Positions 37,369 to 47,521 of a DNA stretch of 64,000 bases are shown one piece after another. Below the pieces are notes generated by a model that had not been told where the DNA came from, searched no databases, and saw only the letters and a list, made by a program, of their open reading frames with translations. Position 1 is the stretch's first letter, and each line of letters opens with the position of its first letter. Origin of the DNA: an uncultured Eubacteriales bacterium (lineage in GTDB: Bacteria > Bacillota > Clostridia > Oscillospirales > Acutalibacteraceae); NCBI GenBank assembly GCA_900315195.1, contig OMYD01000001.1, positions 2,338-66,337 on the forward strand, in the 5' to 3' direction. Both the position numbers and the translations under genes were made by a program.

Positions 37369-38209
37369 TTACCAATACTCCTTGTACAAGAAAACGTCCG
37401 TCACCGCTGTTTGTGCATGTGCTCAGAATCAATACCTTGCTCTTTAAATCAAGCTCAACCTCATTCCTGACATTTCCGTACAGCGAATGAGGATTTTTCA
37501 TTGACGAAAGCCAATCACTGAATACACTGTCATTTTTAAAATCATATGAATTAAGAATATGCCTGTCGTCGTACTGATATGCCGACACGACCTCATATGT
37601 CAGTCTTCTGTCAGGTGTGTAAATATATATATACTTATGTGAATCAAAAAAGTCCTTATCGGCAAACTTATACAGGGTGGCAAACATAGAACCGTTTAAC
37701 ATATTATGACCGTAAAGCACGGTAACCCTGTCCGAGTAATCTTTTTTATTCATCGACTGAGAATAGATCGCGCCGGGGAAGCTATAGTTCTTATAGACGT
37801 CGTGATCCAGATAAAAATTGTCATCCTCAGAGCTCTGCAATACAGGAAGATCAACTTTTGTGTCAGGAATATAAATCCATGAGTAAACATCCGGATTCTG
37901 TGCCCTGAGGCCGTCAAAATCGACTTCGTCATTCGACGGAGCCGTTACGCTGTTCGAGGAATCGGTATGCTTAGAACCATTCGATGAAGTCGAATTATCG
38001 TTATTATCAGTGCTGTTATCAGCGTTGGTATCTGCTGTACTGCTGTTCCGATTCGGGCCATAGGTATTTCTAACCTCATCATAGGTTTGCTCTGTACTAA
38101 ACATGCCAAACCCTTTGCCAATCAGATAGCCTGACGTGCATAAACATATTACACCGAAAACAGCAATGACAACAATCAGTATTATTTTCTTTTTCTTATT
38201 TTCTTTCAT
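37349..38209 (-). CDS. srtB: class B sortase
   Basis: NPDVYSWIYIPDT, LYGHNM, LILSTC, RFLV; N-terminal TM. Confidence 0.92.
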   Translation of the reverse strand: MKENKKKKIILIVVIAVFGVICLCTSGYLIGKGFGMFSTEQTYDEVRNTYGPNRNSSTADTNADNSTDNNDNSTSSNGSKHTDSSNSVTAPSNDEVDFDGLRAQNPDVYSWIYIPDTKVDLPVLQSSEDDNFYLDHDVYKNYSFPGAIYSQSMNKKDYSDRVTVLYGHNMLNGSMFATLYKFADKDFFDSHKYIYIYTPDRRLTYEVVSAYQYDDRHILNSYDFKNDSVFSDWLSSMKNPHSLYGNVRNEVELDLKSKVLILSTCTNSGDGRFLVQGVLVSDEKTK

Positions 38210-38414
38210 ATATTCATCACCACATACCAAAGATTGTACCATTTCAAGCCGGTAATGTCAATGCTTTTTGCTTTTGGTTTGATGGTTTTTGTGTGTTTGT
38301 TTCTTGATTTTTTTGTGAATGCGGTTCTTGGTTTTTTGTCCAAAAGCAAGAAAAATATCTTTTCTTTCCTTAACATCAGCTTACGCAAACAAAGAACAGC
38401 TGTTTTTTATCAAT

Positions 38415-38446
38415 AAAAAAGCCCCTGCTAATCAGCAGAGGCTTTT
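38415..38446 (-). terminator. terminator after the small sortase-substrate gene
   Basis: AAAAAAGCCCCTGCT-AATC-AGCAGAGGCTTTT. Confidence 0.75.
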
Positions 38447-38458
38447 GATTTTGCAAAA

Positions 38459-38722
38459 TTAGTTTTTCTTTGCAGTTTTTACGAGTGCTACGGAAGCAAT
38501 ACCGCAACCAATTACAGAAGCAGCAATCAGCATGTAAGCCATGATATCGCTTGAACCGGTCTTAGGTGACTTGTCACCGTCATCGGGTTTCGGAACAACT
38601 GTAGTTGTCTGAGTCTCGGGTTCTGTTGTAACAACAGGGCTCTCAATAGAACCAGCAAAGACAGTTACGGTTGAGAAAGCCATAATCATTACTGCAATCA
38701 TCACTGTAATAAATTTCTTCAT
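38459..38722 (-). CDS. 87-aa cell-wall-anchored protein with SPKTG sorting signal
   Basis: signal peptide ending VFA, T/P-rich segment, SPKTG, TM, KTAKKN tail; AGGAGG RBS. Confidence 0.85.
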   Translation of the reverse strand: MKKFITVMIAVMIMAFSTVTVFAGSIESPVVTTEPETQTTTVVPKPDDGDKSPKTGSSDIMAYMLIAASVIGCGIASVALVKTAKKN

Positions 38723-39005
38723 AATTATCCTCCTGATTGACAAAAATTGAACACAGTTACTTATAGCAATATCCTGTTTCGTAACCTGATTATAACACAA
38801 TACAATTCAGTTGTAAAGAGTTTTTTAAAAATATTTTTCGTTTTTTACATTTTTTCTCATAATAAATGCTCTATTATGTATAAATTACCACCGATAATAC
38901 CCGGAGAACAATAACAGTTAAGAGTTTATTAAGGATTATTTTGAATTGTCTTTAATTTTGAAAAAGGAAAAATAAATAAAAAACAAAGAAAAATGTCGCT
39001 TTCTA

Positions 39006-39034
39006 TTGCATAAATCGTCCTAAAATTGTATAAT
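39006..39034 (+). promoter_or_regulatory. sigma-A promoter of nadA-mnmA
   Basis: TTGCAT-17 nt-TATAAT. Confidence 0.7.
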
Positions 39035-39065
39035 CAATATATATATTTTCTAACGAAAGGACTTA

Positions 39066-39992
39066 TTGACGGTTATGAATATATCACAGTTACAGCAAGA
39101 CATTTTAAAGCTTAAAAAAGAAAAGGACGTGTGCATTCTTGCCCACAGCTACCAGGCGCGTGAAATATGCGAAATTGCCGATTTCACGGGCGACAGCTAT
39201 AAACTCAGCGTCGACGCCACAAAGGTCGGCAGCAAAACCATACTTCTCTGCGGAGTGCGCTTCATGGCAGAAACCTGCAAAATCCTGTCCCCCGACAAAA
39301 CCGTAATTCTGTCGGCTCCTTCAGCGGGCTGCGATATGGCGGATCAGATGGACAAAGCAACCGTAGCAAAAATAAAAGAGAGCTGCCCCGATTACACGGT
39401 TGTGGCTTATGTCAATACGACCGCCGACTTAAAGACCATATGCGACGTGTGCGTCACGTCATCGTCGGCTGTTAAAATAGTAAAAAATATCGAAAACAAA
39501 AACATCCTCTTTATTCCCGACTGCAACCTCGGCTCTCACGTAGCGGCTATGTGCCCGGAAAAAAATATTAAGCTGTTAAACGGCGGATGTCCGATTCACG
39601 CCGGCGTAACTGCCGACGAGGCGCGCGCCGCAAAAGCGCTTTATCCCGACGCTGAGCTTCTGGTTCATCCAGAATGTGTTCCCGCTGTATGCGAGCAGGC
39701 CGATTACATAGGCTCAACATCGGGAATCATTGACTACGCCCAAAAGTCCGACAAAAAGGAATTTATAATCGGCACGGAAATCAGCATTGCCGAACACCTT
39801 CAGTACATGTGCCCTGACAAAAAGTTCCACGTCCTAAGCCTGAAGCTTATATGTCCGCATATGAAGGCGACCACCCTTATGGATGTTTACAACTGCCTTA
39901 ACGGAAACGGCGGCGAGGAAATAATTCTCGACGACAACACAATTAACGCGGCTCGCCGCTGTATTGACGAAATGATCCGTCTCGGTGGCTGA
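39066..39992 (+). CDS. nadA: quinolinate synthase
   Basis: LAHSYQ, GDS, CGVRFMAE, AYVNT, CVTSSSA, CPIH, VHPEC, CPHMK. Confidence 0.95.
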   Translation: MTVMNISQLQQDILKLKKEKDVCILAHSYQAREICEIADFTGDSYKLSVDATKVGSKTILLCGVRFMAETCKILSPDKTVILSAPSAGCDMADQMDKATVAKIKESCPDYTVVAYVNTTADLKTICDVCVTSSSAVKIVKNIENKNILFIPDCNLGSHVAAMCPEKNIKLLNGGCPIHAGVTADEARAAKALYPDAELLVHPECVPAVCEQADYIGSTSGIIDYAQKSDKKEFIIGTEISIAEHLQYMCPDKKFHVLSLKLICPHMKATTLMDVYNCLNGNGGEEIILDDNTINAARRCIDEMIRLGG

Positions 39993-41061
39993 TATGACAA
40001 AAAAAGCACTTATTGCCATGAGCGGCGGAGTAGACAGCTCCGTTGCCGCTTATTTAATGATGCAGCGCGGCTATGACTGCACAGGCGTCACACTAAAGCT
40101 CTTTGACAAGGATGACAGCCCGGCTAAAAAGACCTGCTGCTCGCTCGACGACACAGAGGATGCCCGCAGCGTTTGCCGCAGGCTGGGAATCCCTCACTTT
40201 GTATACAATTTCAAGGATATTTTCAACGAAAAAGTGGTAGGCAAGTTTATTTCCGCCTATGAAACAGGCGCAACCCCAAACCCCTGTATCGACTGCAACC
40301 GCTTTATTAAATTCGGAAAGCTTTTTCAGCGCGCGGAAGAGCTCGGCTTCGACTGTGTTGTAACGGGTCACTACGCATCGGTGGAATATAACGAGAAAGA
40401 AAACAGATACCTTCTAAAAAAAGCTCCCGATATTTCAAAGGATCAGAGCTATGTGCTCTACTCGCTGACTCAGAGTCAGCTTGCTAAAACAGTTTTCCCG
40501 CTTGGCGAGATGACCAAGGCGGAGGTTCGCGCTCTTGCCGAAGAAAAGGGCTTTATCAACGCCCGAAAACACGACAGCCAGGATATATGCTTTGTTCCCG
40601 ACGGCGACTATGCCCGTTTTATCGAGGAATACACGGGCAGAACATATCCCGAGGGAAATTTTGTAGACGAAAACGGCAACATTCTCGGAAAGCACAAGGG
40701 AATAATCCGCTACACAGTTGGACAGCGAAAGGGGCTGGGGCTTGCCCTTCCTGAGCCGATGTACGTTAAAAAGAAAAATTTGGCGGAAAACAAAGTCGTG
40801 CTGTGCCGCAATTCCGAGCTTTTCTCAAGCGAACTGCTCGCCGACGACCTTAATCTTATTGCCTTTGATAAAATCGAACAGCCTTTGCGCGTTTCAGCCC
40901 GTGTGCGCTACAATCAAAAAGAGCAGCCCGCAACGGTGTATCAGCTTGACAGCGACACAATCCGCGTAGTTTTTGACGAGCCTCAGCGAGCTATTTCAAA
41001 AGGACAGGCCGTAGTACTGTATTACGGCGAATATGTTCTCGGAGGCGGCACAATTTTATAA
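39985..41061 (+). CDS. mnmA: tRNA 2-thiouridine synthase
   Basis: AMSGGVDSS, TPNPCIDCN, TGHY, KDQSY, DSQDICF, YTVGQRKGLG. Confidence 0.96.
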   Translation: MADMTKKALIAMSGGVDSSVAAYLMMQRGYDCTGVTLKLFDKDDSPAKKTCCSLDDTEDARSVCRRLGIPHFVYNFKDIFNEKVVGKFISAYETGATPNPCIDCNRFIKFGKLFQRAEELGFDCVVTGHYASVEYNEKENRYLLKKAPDISKDQSYVLYSLTQSQLAKTVFPLGEMTKAEVRALAEEKGFINARKHDSQDICFVPDGDYARFIEEYTGRTYPEGNFVDENGNILGKHKGIIRYTVGQRKGLGLALPEPMYVKKKNLAENKVVLCRNSELFSSELLADDLNLIAFDKIEQPLRVSARVRYNQKEQPATVYQLDSDTIRVVFDEPQRAISKGQAVVLYYGEYVLGGGTIL

Positions 41062-41092
41062 TTCAACACTCTATTATTTTAAGGAGTACCCT

Positions 41093-43172
41093 ATGCGCTG
41101 TTATAACTGTATGAAAGAACTTAAAAACGGCACCAAGTTCTGCCCGTATTGCGGCAAAAAACCTGACGCCGAAAACCCTGCTCATCAACTGCCGATCGGC
41201 ACTGAACTGCACAACAAGTACATTGTGGGTAGTTCCATAGGTGAAGGCGGCTTCGGAATAACCTATATCGGATACGACAAAACTCTTGATATAAGAATAG
41301 CCGTAAAAGAATTCTTTCCGTCGGGATACGCCAACCGCAACAACACTGTATCAAAAAATGTTACTCTTAATAAAAGCAACCTTTCCGAATACTTCAATCA
41401 CGGAAAGGAAAGCTTTATGCGCGAAGCTAAAAACATCGCCACGTTTTCAAGCGAGGATGGCATAGTCGATGTGCGCGACTACTTTACCGAAAACGAAACC
41501 GCTTACATTGTCATGGAATATCTTGACGGTGAAAACCTAGGGAATTATATCGGCAAACACGGTAATTTTTCGGCCGAAAAGATTTTCAGCCTGCTTTTGC
41601 CGATAATGCGCTCGCTTGACAAAATGCATAGAGAGGGCATTATCCACCGCGATATCTCTCCGGACAATATTATGTATTTAAAAACCGGAGAATTAAAACT
41701 CATGGACTTCGGCTCGGCTCGCTACTTCTCAAGCGCGGAGCAAAAAACAATGTCTATTATGCTAAAGCCGGGCTACGCTCCGTATGAACAGTACAGCGCA
41801 AACGGACATCAGGGACCGTGGACAGACGTTTACGGAATATGCGCCACCATATACAAGTGTATAACGAACGTAACTCCTCCCGATTCTCTTGACCGCTGTC
41901 AGAATGACACGCTTAAAAAACCCTCCGATCTCGGCGCCGATATCACAGAAGAACTTGAAAACGTTCTCATGTACGGATTGGCTATCTACCATGATAACCG
42001 ATGCCAAAGCATGACCGATCTTATTGAAATAACGGAAAAAGCATTAAACAACGAGCCGTTTACATTTATTCATTCGGAAAACACGGAAATGCAAAAAACA
42101 ATTGACCGAATCAAAGCGGCTGACGAAAGATACAAAACCATGTTTGCGGCGTCCGACTATTCACCGCCCCGGCCAACCCCAAACCAATGGCAACATAACA
42201 ATCAGCAGCAACTGATGTTCAGCCAACAGCCGCTTCCGCAAGGCAATTGGAACAATTATCCGCCCCAACCTCCGCAGCCAAATAATAAGAGCAATACTGC
42301 TCTTATCGCTGTTCTTATTTCATTGGCGGCGTTAGTCATAGCGGCCGCGGTTATAGTCATAGTATTTCTGCTGAACAACAACGACAGCGGAAACACAAAT
42401 CAGGGAACCGAAGCGGCGGTCGAGGCAACCGCCTCTGCCGAGAGCGGCGTCCCGACCTCTGCTCCAACAACGTCAGAGAGCACAACTGTAAAAGTTGCAG
42501 ACGTCACCGGCAAAAAGCTTGCCGAAGCAAAAAAAGCCCTCGAAAGGCGACAGCGTAACGCTTTGTGTTTCTAAAGGCTCGGTGCACGCACCCGACGGCT
42601 ACGACCAGAAGGTTGTAGTTTCAGCTGAATCAGACTCATCATACGCAGAAATGACTCTATACGAATGGAAAGACGGAGAGTGGAGCAAATCGTTCAGCTG
42701 CGATGCTACAGTAGGTAAAAACGGCGGTATCAGCAGCAATAACAGCGAGAGCAACACACTTACACCAAAAGGAACATTCCGTCTTGGCGTAGTGCTTACG
42801 ACAAAACAGCTGGATACAAAGAAAAAAATGTACTTAGCAAACGCGGACACCGTAGTCTGCGATGACACATCCTCCCCATATTACAACCAAATCGGTCAAA
42901 AATCGGCTTTTGGCAGCTACCACACCGACCCTGTAGGCAAAAAGCTTGTAAACAATGTAAACAATGCCCTTATTTTTATCGAGCATAACGGCGACGGCTT
43001 CAGCTCAACTGGAGTCAGCAAAAATAACAGTTCGGTAATCACTATTTGCGGATGCAATAGCTCAATCAGCCCCACAAACGGATGTATTGATATTAGCGCT
43101 TCCAACATGAACAAACTGTTAAGTCTGTTAGACGAAAGTAAAAACCCACATATTACTACAGAGGTGAAATAA
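41093..43172 (+). pseudogene. zinc-ribbon Ser/Thr kinase-TM-PASTA-L,D-transpeptidase-like fusion, split by a frameshifting deletion near 42543
   Basis: GEGGFG, AVKE, HRDISPDN, DFG, YAPYEQ; TM; PASTA start VADVTGKKLAEAKKALE in one frame and PASTA end KGDSVTLCVSKG in the +1 frame; then TPKGTF...TNGCI. Confidence 0.75.
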
Positions 43173-44062
43173 TGAAACACTCATCAGACAACAAATTCAG
43201 CACAACAACCACAATCGGAATCATTATTGCTTTGCTGGCTGTTGTGCTGTTCATAAGCGGCATTGTCATGTTCTTCGTATCAAACAAGCCCGCTTCTCCC
43301 ACAAAAAATCCTCCGAAAACCCCAAGCTCAGCGACCGTTCCTTCTTCCACATCAGGCGCTGCAACAAAGGATTCCGCTGTCCCCAGCAGCGATCCGAGCA
43401 ATGCTCCCGACAACACCTTACCGATAACAGAACCTACAACACCTTCTATCGAACCTCCGAAAATCCTTCAGGATCTTCTCAGCGAAGGCGGAATCAATTT
43501 AGATGAAATTACCGACAACGGTACAAAACAGCTTATAGTTGTTAAATCAAACGGAAATTCAGCGGATATTAAGTTCTTTGAACGCACAGGCAAGCTCTGG
43601 AAGGAGGATACCTCACTTTCCTTCACAGGCTATGTCGGTTCAGAAGGCACTATTAATCCGGACGAAATGAGTGAGGAACACCAAGCAACGCCACAAGGCC
43701 TTTATTCAATCGGCGAAGCGTTCTATCAGAACAATGTACCCGCAACGGGTCTTTCCGCGTTTCAAATAACCTCCGGCACTTACTGGGTCGATGATCCCGA
43801 ATCCCAGTTTTATAATCAAAGAGTAAAAGGCACTAACGAAAAGGACTGGAACAGCGCGGAAGACATGGCAAATATTCCAAACTACCGCTACGGCTTTGTA
43901 ATCAACTACAACACCGAATGTATCCCCAACAAGGGCTCCGCTATTTTCTTCCATGTCGGCAGCGAACCCACACAAGGCTGTGTATCGACCTCAGAGGACA
44001 ACGTACTCGCCTATCTGTCTAAGCTTGAAGATTCAAAAAACCCGTATATTCTCATTATCTGA
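43172..44062 (+). CDS. membrane-anchored L,D-transpeptidase (YkuD-like) family protein
   Basis: TM, P/T linker, TPQGLY, YWVDDP, GSAIFFH...TQGCV. Confidence 0.85.
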   Translation: MKHSSDNKFSTTTTIGIIIALLAVVLFISGIVMFFVSNKPASPTKNPPKTPSSATVPSSTSGAATKDSAVPSSDPSNAPDNTLPITEPTTPSIEPPKILQDLLSEGGINLDEITDNGTKQLIVVKSNGNSADIKFFERTGKLWKEDTSLSFTGYVGSEGTINPDEMSEEHQATPQGLYSIGEAFYQNNVPATGLSAFQITSGTYWVDDPESQFYNQRVKGTNEKDWNSAEDMANIPNYRYGFVINYNTECIPNKGSAIFFHVGSEPTQGCVSTSEDNVLAYLSKLEDSKNPYILII

Positions 44063-44096
44063 CCCCAATACTCACAAATATTATTAGGAGATTATT

Positions 44097-44888
44097 ATGC
44101 GCTGCAATAACTGTATGAAAGAACTTAAAGAAGATTTAGAAATTTGCCCGTACTGCGGTCAATCTCCTTTAATTCAAAACCCTGATCATAAAAATTCAGC
44201 GGACGCGGAACATCCCAAAGACATAAAGGTCGTAAACTCGCAGTCCGAAGTTAACGATGAGAGGGAAAAACATACCGGCAGAAGTTCAAAAAAATCAATG
44301 TATTATAATTGGCAGCCTGTTTCAAGCACACACACCAGGTCGCGCGCAAAAAAAATAAGCACAAAAAAACTAATGCTTATAGCGGTTGCGCTGACGTGTG
44401 TTATTGTGATTATATTCCTTATTATCGCCAATAAAAATAACGACAGCAAAAGCGGCGACGAAATCGCGACTGTCGTCGCGACAACCGCGCCTAAGGCAAC
44501 TGAAAAGCCTGAAAACAAAAACAAAGAAAATACAACAGCTCCCGTAACAACTTCCTCCGACAAAGGAAATACGCAAAGCACAAAAAGCGGCAAATCCGCA
44601 CTGGAATATGCAAACAGCCTCGACCTTTCGGTTGACGGCCATTCGCCCGAATCTCACATGAAAGATAACTCGCTTATTCTGGAGTATTATTTTTCGGGCG
44701 ACTCCAATTCCGAGGACGAAGCGGAGTTCGCGTTGTTTAACGACTATCGGCAAAGACTCGGTTTAGTCATTAATTACTTGGAAAATCAATTAAAAAGCAA
44801 GGGCTATTCTGTTTCAAGCATATCAGTTGAGGGATATGACAGTGTCGGAACACAGTTTTTTCATGAAACTACCAACTATAATCATTAA
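44097..44888 (+). CDS. zinc-ribbon membrane protein, unknown function
   Basis: MRCNNCMKELK...CPYCG, TM, T-rich linker, small extracellular domain; AGGAG RBS. Confidence 0.75.
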   Translation: MRCNNCMKELKEDLEICPYCGQSPLIQNPDHKNSADAEHPKDIKVVNSQSEVNDEREKHTGRSSKKSMYYNWQPVSSTHTRSRAKKISTKKLMLIAVALTCVIVIIFLIIANKNNDSKSGDEIATVVATTAPKATEKPENKNKENTTAPVTTSSDKGNTQSTKSGKSALEYANSLDLSVDGHSPESHMKDNSLILEYYFSGDSNSEDEAEFALFNDYRQRLGLVINYLENQLKSKGYSVSSISVEGYDSVGTQFFHETTNYNH

Positions 44889-44924
44889 TCTTCCCCCCGG
44901 AAAAAGCATGAGGAGATCATCTGT

Positions 44925-45791
44925 ATGCGTTGTTATCATTGTATGAAAGAGTATAAAACCGAAACTAAGTTCTGCCCCTTCTGCGGCAGACCTCCCTCTG
45001 CTCCAAAAACAATTCCCGTTCACAAAACCCGAATTTACAACAAACAGAAAAAAACAAAACCTGAAATTCCGGAGCCAAAAGCAGAAAATTCTCAAGTCAG
45101 ACCCGAGCCTTTGCAGCCTCGGGAACAGACGAATATTGTTTCGTTTCAAGACAACAAGGGACATGACACGGGAACGGAAATACCGGCGCAGCCCCGGGAA
45201 CAGCAATACAAGGTTTCTTGGCACGATGAAGGTGCCGAGGAACTTATTGACGAGGTTGAGGAATACCGGATAAAAAAAGAAAACAAGCGATTTTTTATTA
45301 TCGAAGGTATTCTTGGCGCGCTTGCGGTTGTTTTGGCTGCCGCTATTATTTATATTGCCTTTTTTCAGAAAGATCCTTACACCTACTATACCATGGAAGG
45401 CAATTCCATGCTTGACACAATAGCAGACGGCGACAAGGTCGCTTCCGTTAAGCTTGAAGGCACTCCAAAAACAGGCGATATTGTTGTTTTTTCCTTTGGA
45501 AAAGGCGTTTCAATCAAGCGTGTTATCGCAACAGGCGGCCAGACTTTATGGCTTGATTATGAAAATGACAGAATAGTTGTTGACGACAACGAGCTTAAAG
45601 AAGACTATATAAAAGGCTCAACATTCTCTGAAGTTCGCGAAAACTACCTGGTTCCGTATAATATTCCCGATGGCAAGGTCTTTGTATTGGGAGACAACCG
45701 AAAGAATTCTGTTGACAGCCGTTATAAGGAAGTCGGGCTGCTGGATGAAAAAGATATTATTGCCAAGGTCGACCATATTGATAAACAATAA
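44925..45791 (+). CDS. signal peptidase I (S26) with N-terminal zinc ribbon
   Basis: MRCYHC...CPFCG; GNSM (Ser), IKRVI (Lys), LGDNRKNSVDSR. Confidence 0.85.
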   Translation: MRCYHCMKEYKTETKFCPFCGRPPSAPKTIPVHKTRIYNKQKKTKPEIPEPKAENSQVRPEPLQPREQTNIVSFQDNKGHDTGTEIPAQPREQQYKVSWHDEGAEELIDEVEEYRIKKENKRFFIIEGILGALAVVLAAAIIYIAFFQKDPYTYYTMEGNSMLDTIADGDKVASVKLEGTPKTGDIVVFSFGKGVSIKRVIATGGQTLWLDYENDRIVVDDNELKEDYIKGSTFSEVRENYLVPYNIPDGKVFVLGDNRKNSVDSRYKEVGLLDEKDIIAKVDHIDKQ

Positions 45792-45802
45792 TCCGTTAAA
45801 TT

Positions 45803-46031
45803 CAAGGAGCAATATCATGCGCTGTTACAACTGTATGAAAGAATTAAAAACAGAATCAAAGTATTGCCCATACTGCGGTAAAGAATCAAGTGCGTCTAAT
45901 CCGCCGCATCAGCTCGCGGCAGGCACCATGCTCAACGGCAAATACCTTATAGGCAACGCAATCGGCGAGGGCGGCTTCGGCATTACCTACGTCGGATTTG
46001 ACACAACGCTCGAAATTAAGGTTGCCGTAAA
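45803..46031 (+). repeat. 229-bp direct repeat, copy 1 (RBS and 5' end of kinase 2)
   Basis: matches 47522-47750 with 4 mismatches. Confidence 0.93.
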
Positions 46032-47509
46032 AGAGTTTTATCCTACGGGCTACGCAAACCGCAACAATAACTTATCAAACGACGTAACTTTAAACTACTC
46101 CGCTCAGCAAAACACTTTTCAGCAAGGAAAAGACAGCTTCCTGCGCGAAGCCCGCAGCATAGCGCAGTTTTCACGCGAAACAGGGCTTGTAGGCGTACGT
46201 GATTTTTTCACCGCCAACAATACCGCATACATCGTAATGGATTACCTTGACGGAATGAACCTGAACCGCTACATATATATAAACGGCACGTTCTCAATTA
46301 ATAATCTTATACGGCTTATGCTTCCGCTGATGCAGTCAATGAAAAAAATGCACGCCAAAAACGTAATTCACCGCGATATTTCTCCAGATAATATCATTTA
46401 TGTAAAAGACGGTTATTTTGTTCTGACCGATTTCGGCGCCGCGCGCTATTACTCAGCCGACCAAACAAAAACCATGTCGGTTATTCTTAAATCCGGTTAC
46501 GCGCCATATGAACAATACGGAAAAAAGGGAAAGCAGGGACCGTGGACAGATATTTACGGGCTTTGCGCCACTATGTATAAGTGTATAACCGGTATTACAC
46601 CGCCGGATGTACTTGACCGTATTCGCGCAGATGAATTAAAGCCGCCGTCAGAGCTCGGCGTGGCTATTTCGGAAGAAGTTGAAAAAGTAATTATGCGAGG
46701 ACTGTCAATTTATTCCGAACAGCGTTATCAGAGCATGCCGGAGCTGATCAACGCAATTTGCGACGCGATTAACACGGATAAGGAAAAACCATCAATCACC
46801 AAACACTGCCCAAAGTCCAACGGAACCCAAAACAAAGGATGCCAATGAACCATATCCGCCTAAAAAAGCGCAGTCCGCTCCAAAGGCTGGAAGCAAAAAG
46901 CAAGAGCCGCTTCAACCACCCGAAAACAAGACCAATTTTGACGTAGAGACTGAGAGCCAAAAATTCGCAAACTCCGCAAACAAGAAAAATACTTTTAAAA
47001 ACTTCAACAGTAATAAAAATTATGATAAACCGGGCGCATCAAAGGAAAACATTAATGAAAATGTTACCGACACTTCTATCGGCAAAAACTCTGACTCGAA
47101 GCTGCTAAAACTCAAAAAACCATTAGGCATCACCATTTCAGTGGTAATCACTTGGATTGTATGTTTTTTTGCTACAATATCATTTAAAGCGGGCGCATGG
47201 CCCGTAGGTATTCTTTTTGTTGTATCGGGCATTATTTCTATAACAATACTCATGATGCTGATAATCGAAAAAAATGAAGCTAATAAAAAAAGCAATATCA
47301 TCCATTTTACCGTAACCTTCAGAAACTATGACGGCACAATCATTGAAACCCAAGATGTCGAAGCAGGAAAAACAGCGGTTCCTCCAACCGTAATTAAGAT
47401 CCCTGCCTCACCTAACCATACCTACAGTTTTTACGGCTGGAGCAACAATAGCTATAAACGTGTGACACACAACACGGAAATCACCGCCCTGTTCAAACAA
47501 ATTGACTGA
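45817..47509 (+). pseudogene. zinc-ribbon Ser/Thr kinase with linker, 2 TM and InlB B-repeat-like domain, frameshifted near 46784
   Basis: intact kinase motifs; kinase frame stops at 46848 while the +1 frame is open 46748-47509 (K/P/N-rich linker, TMs, FTVTFRNYDG...YSFYGWS...ITALF) with no clear RBS of its own. Confidence 0.7.
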
Positions 47510-47521
47510 ACCCCCTTGTAA

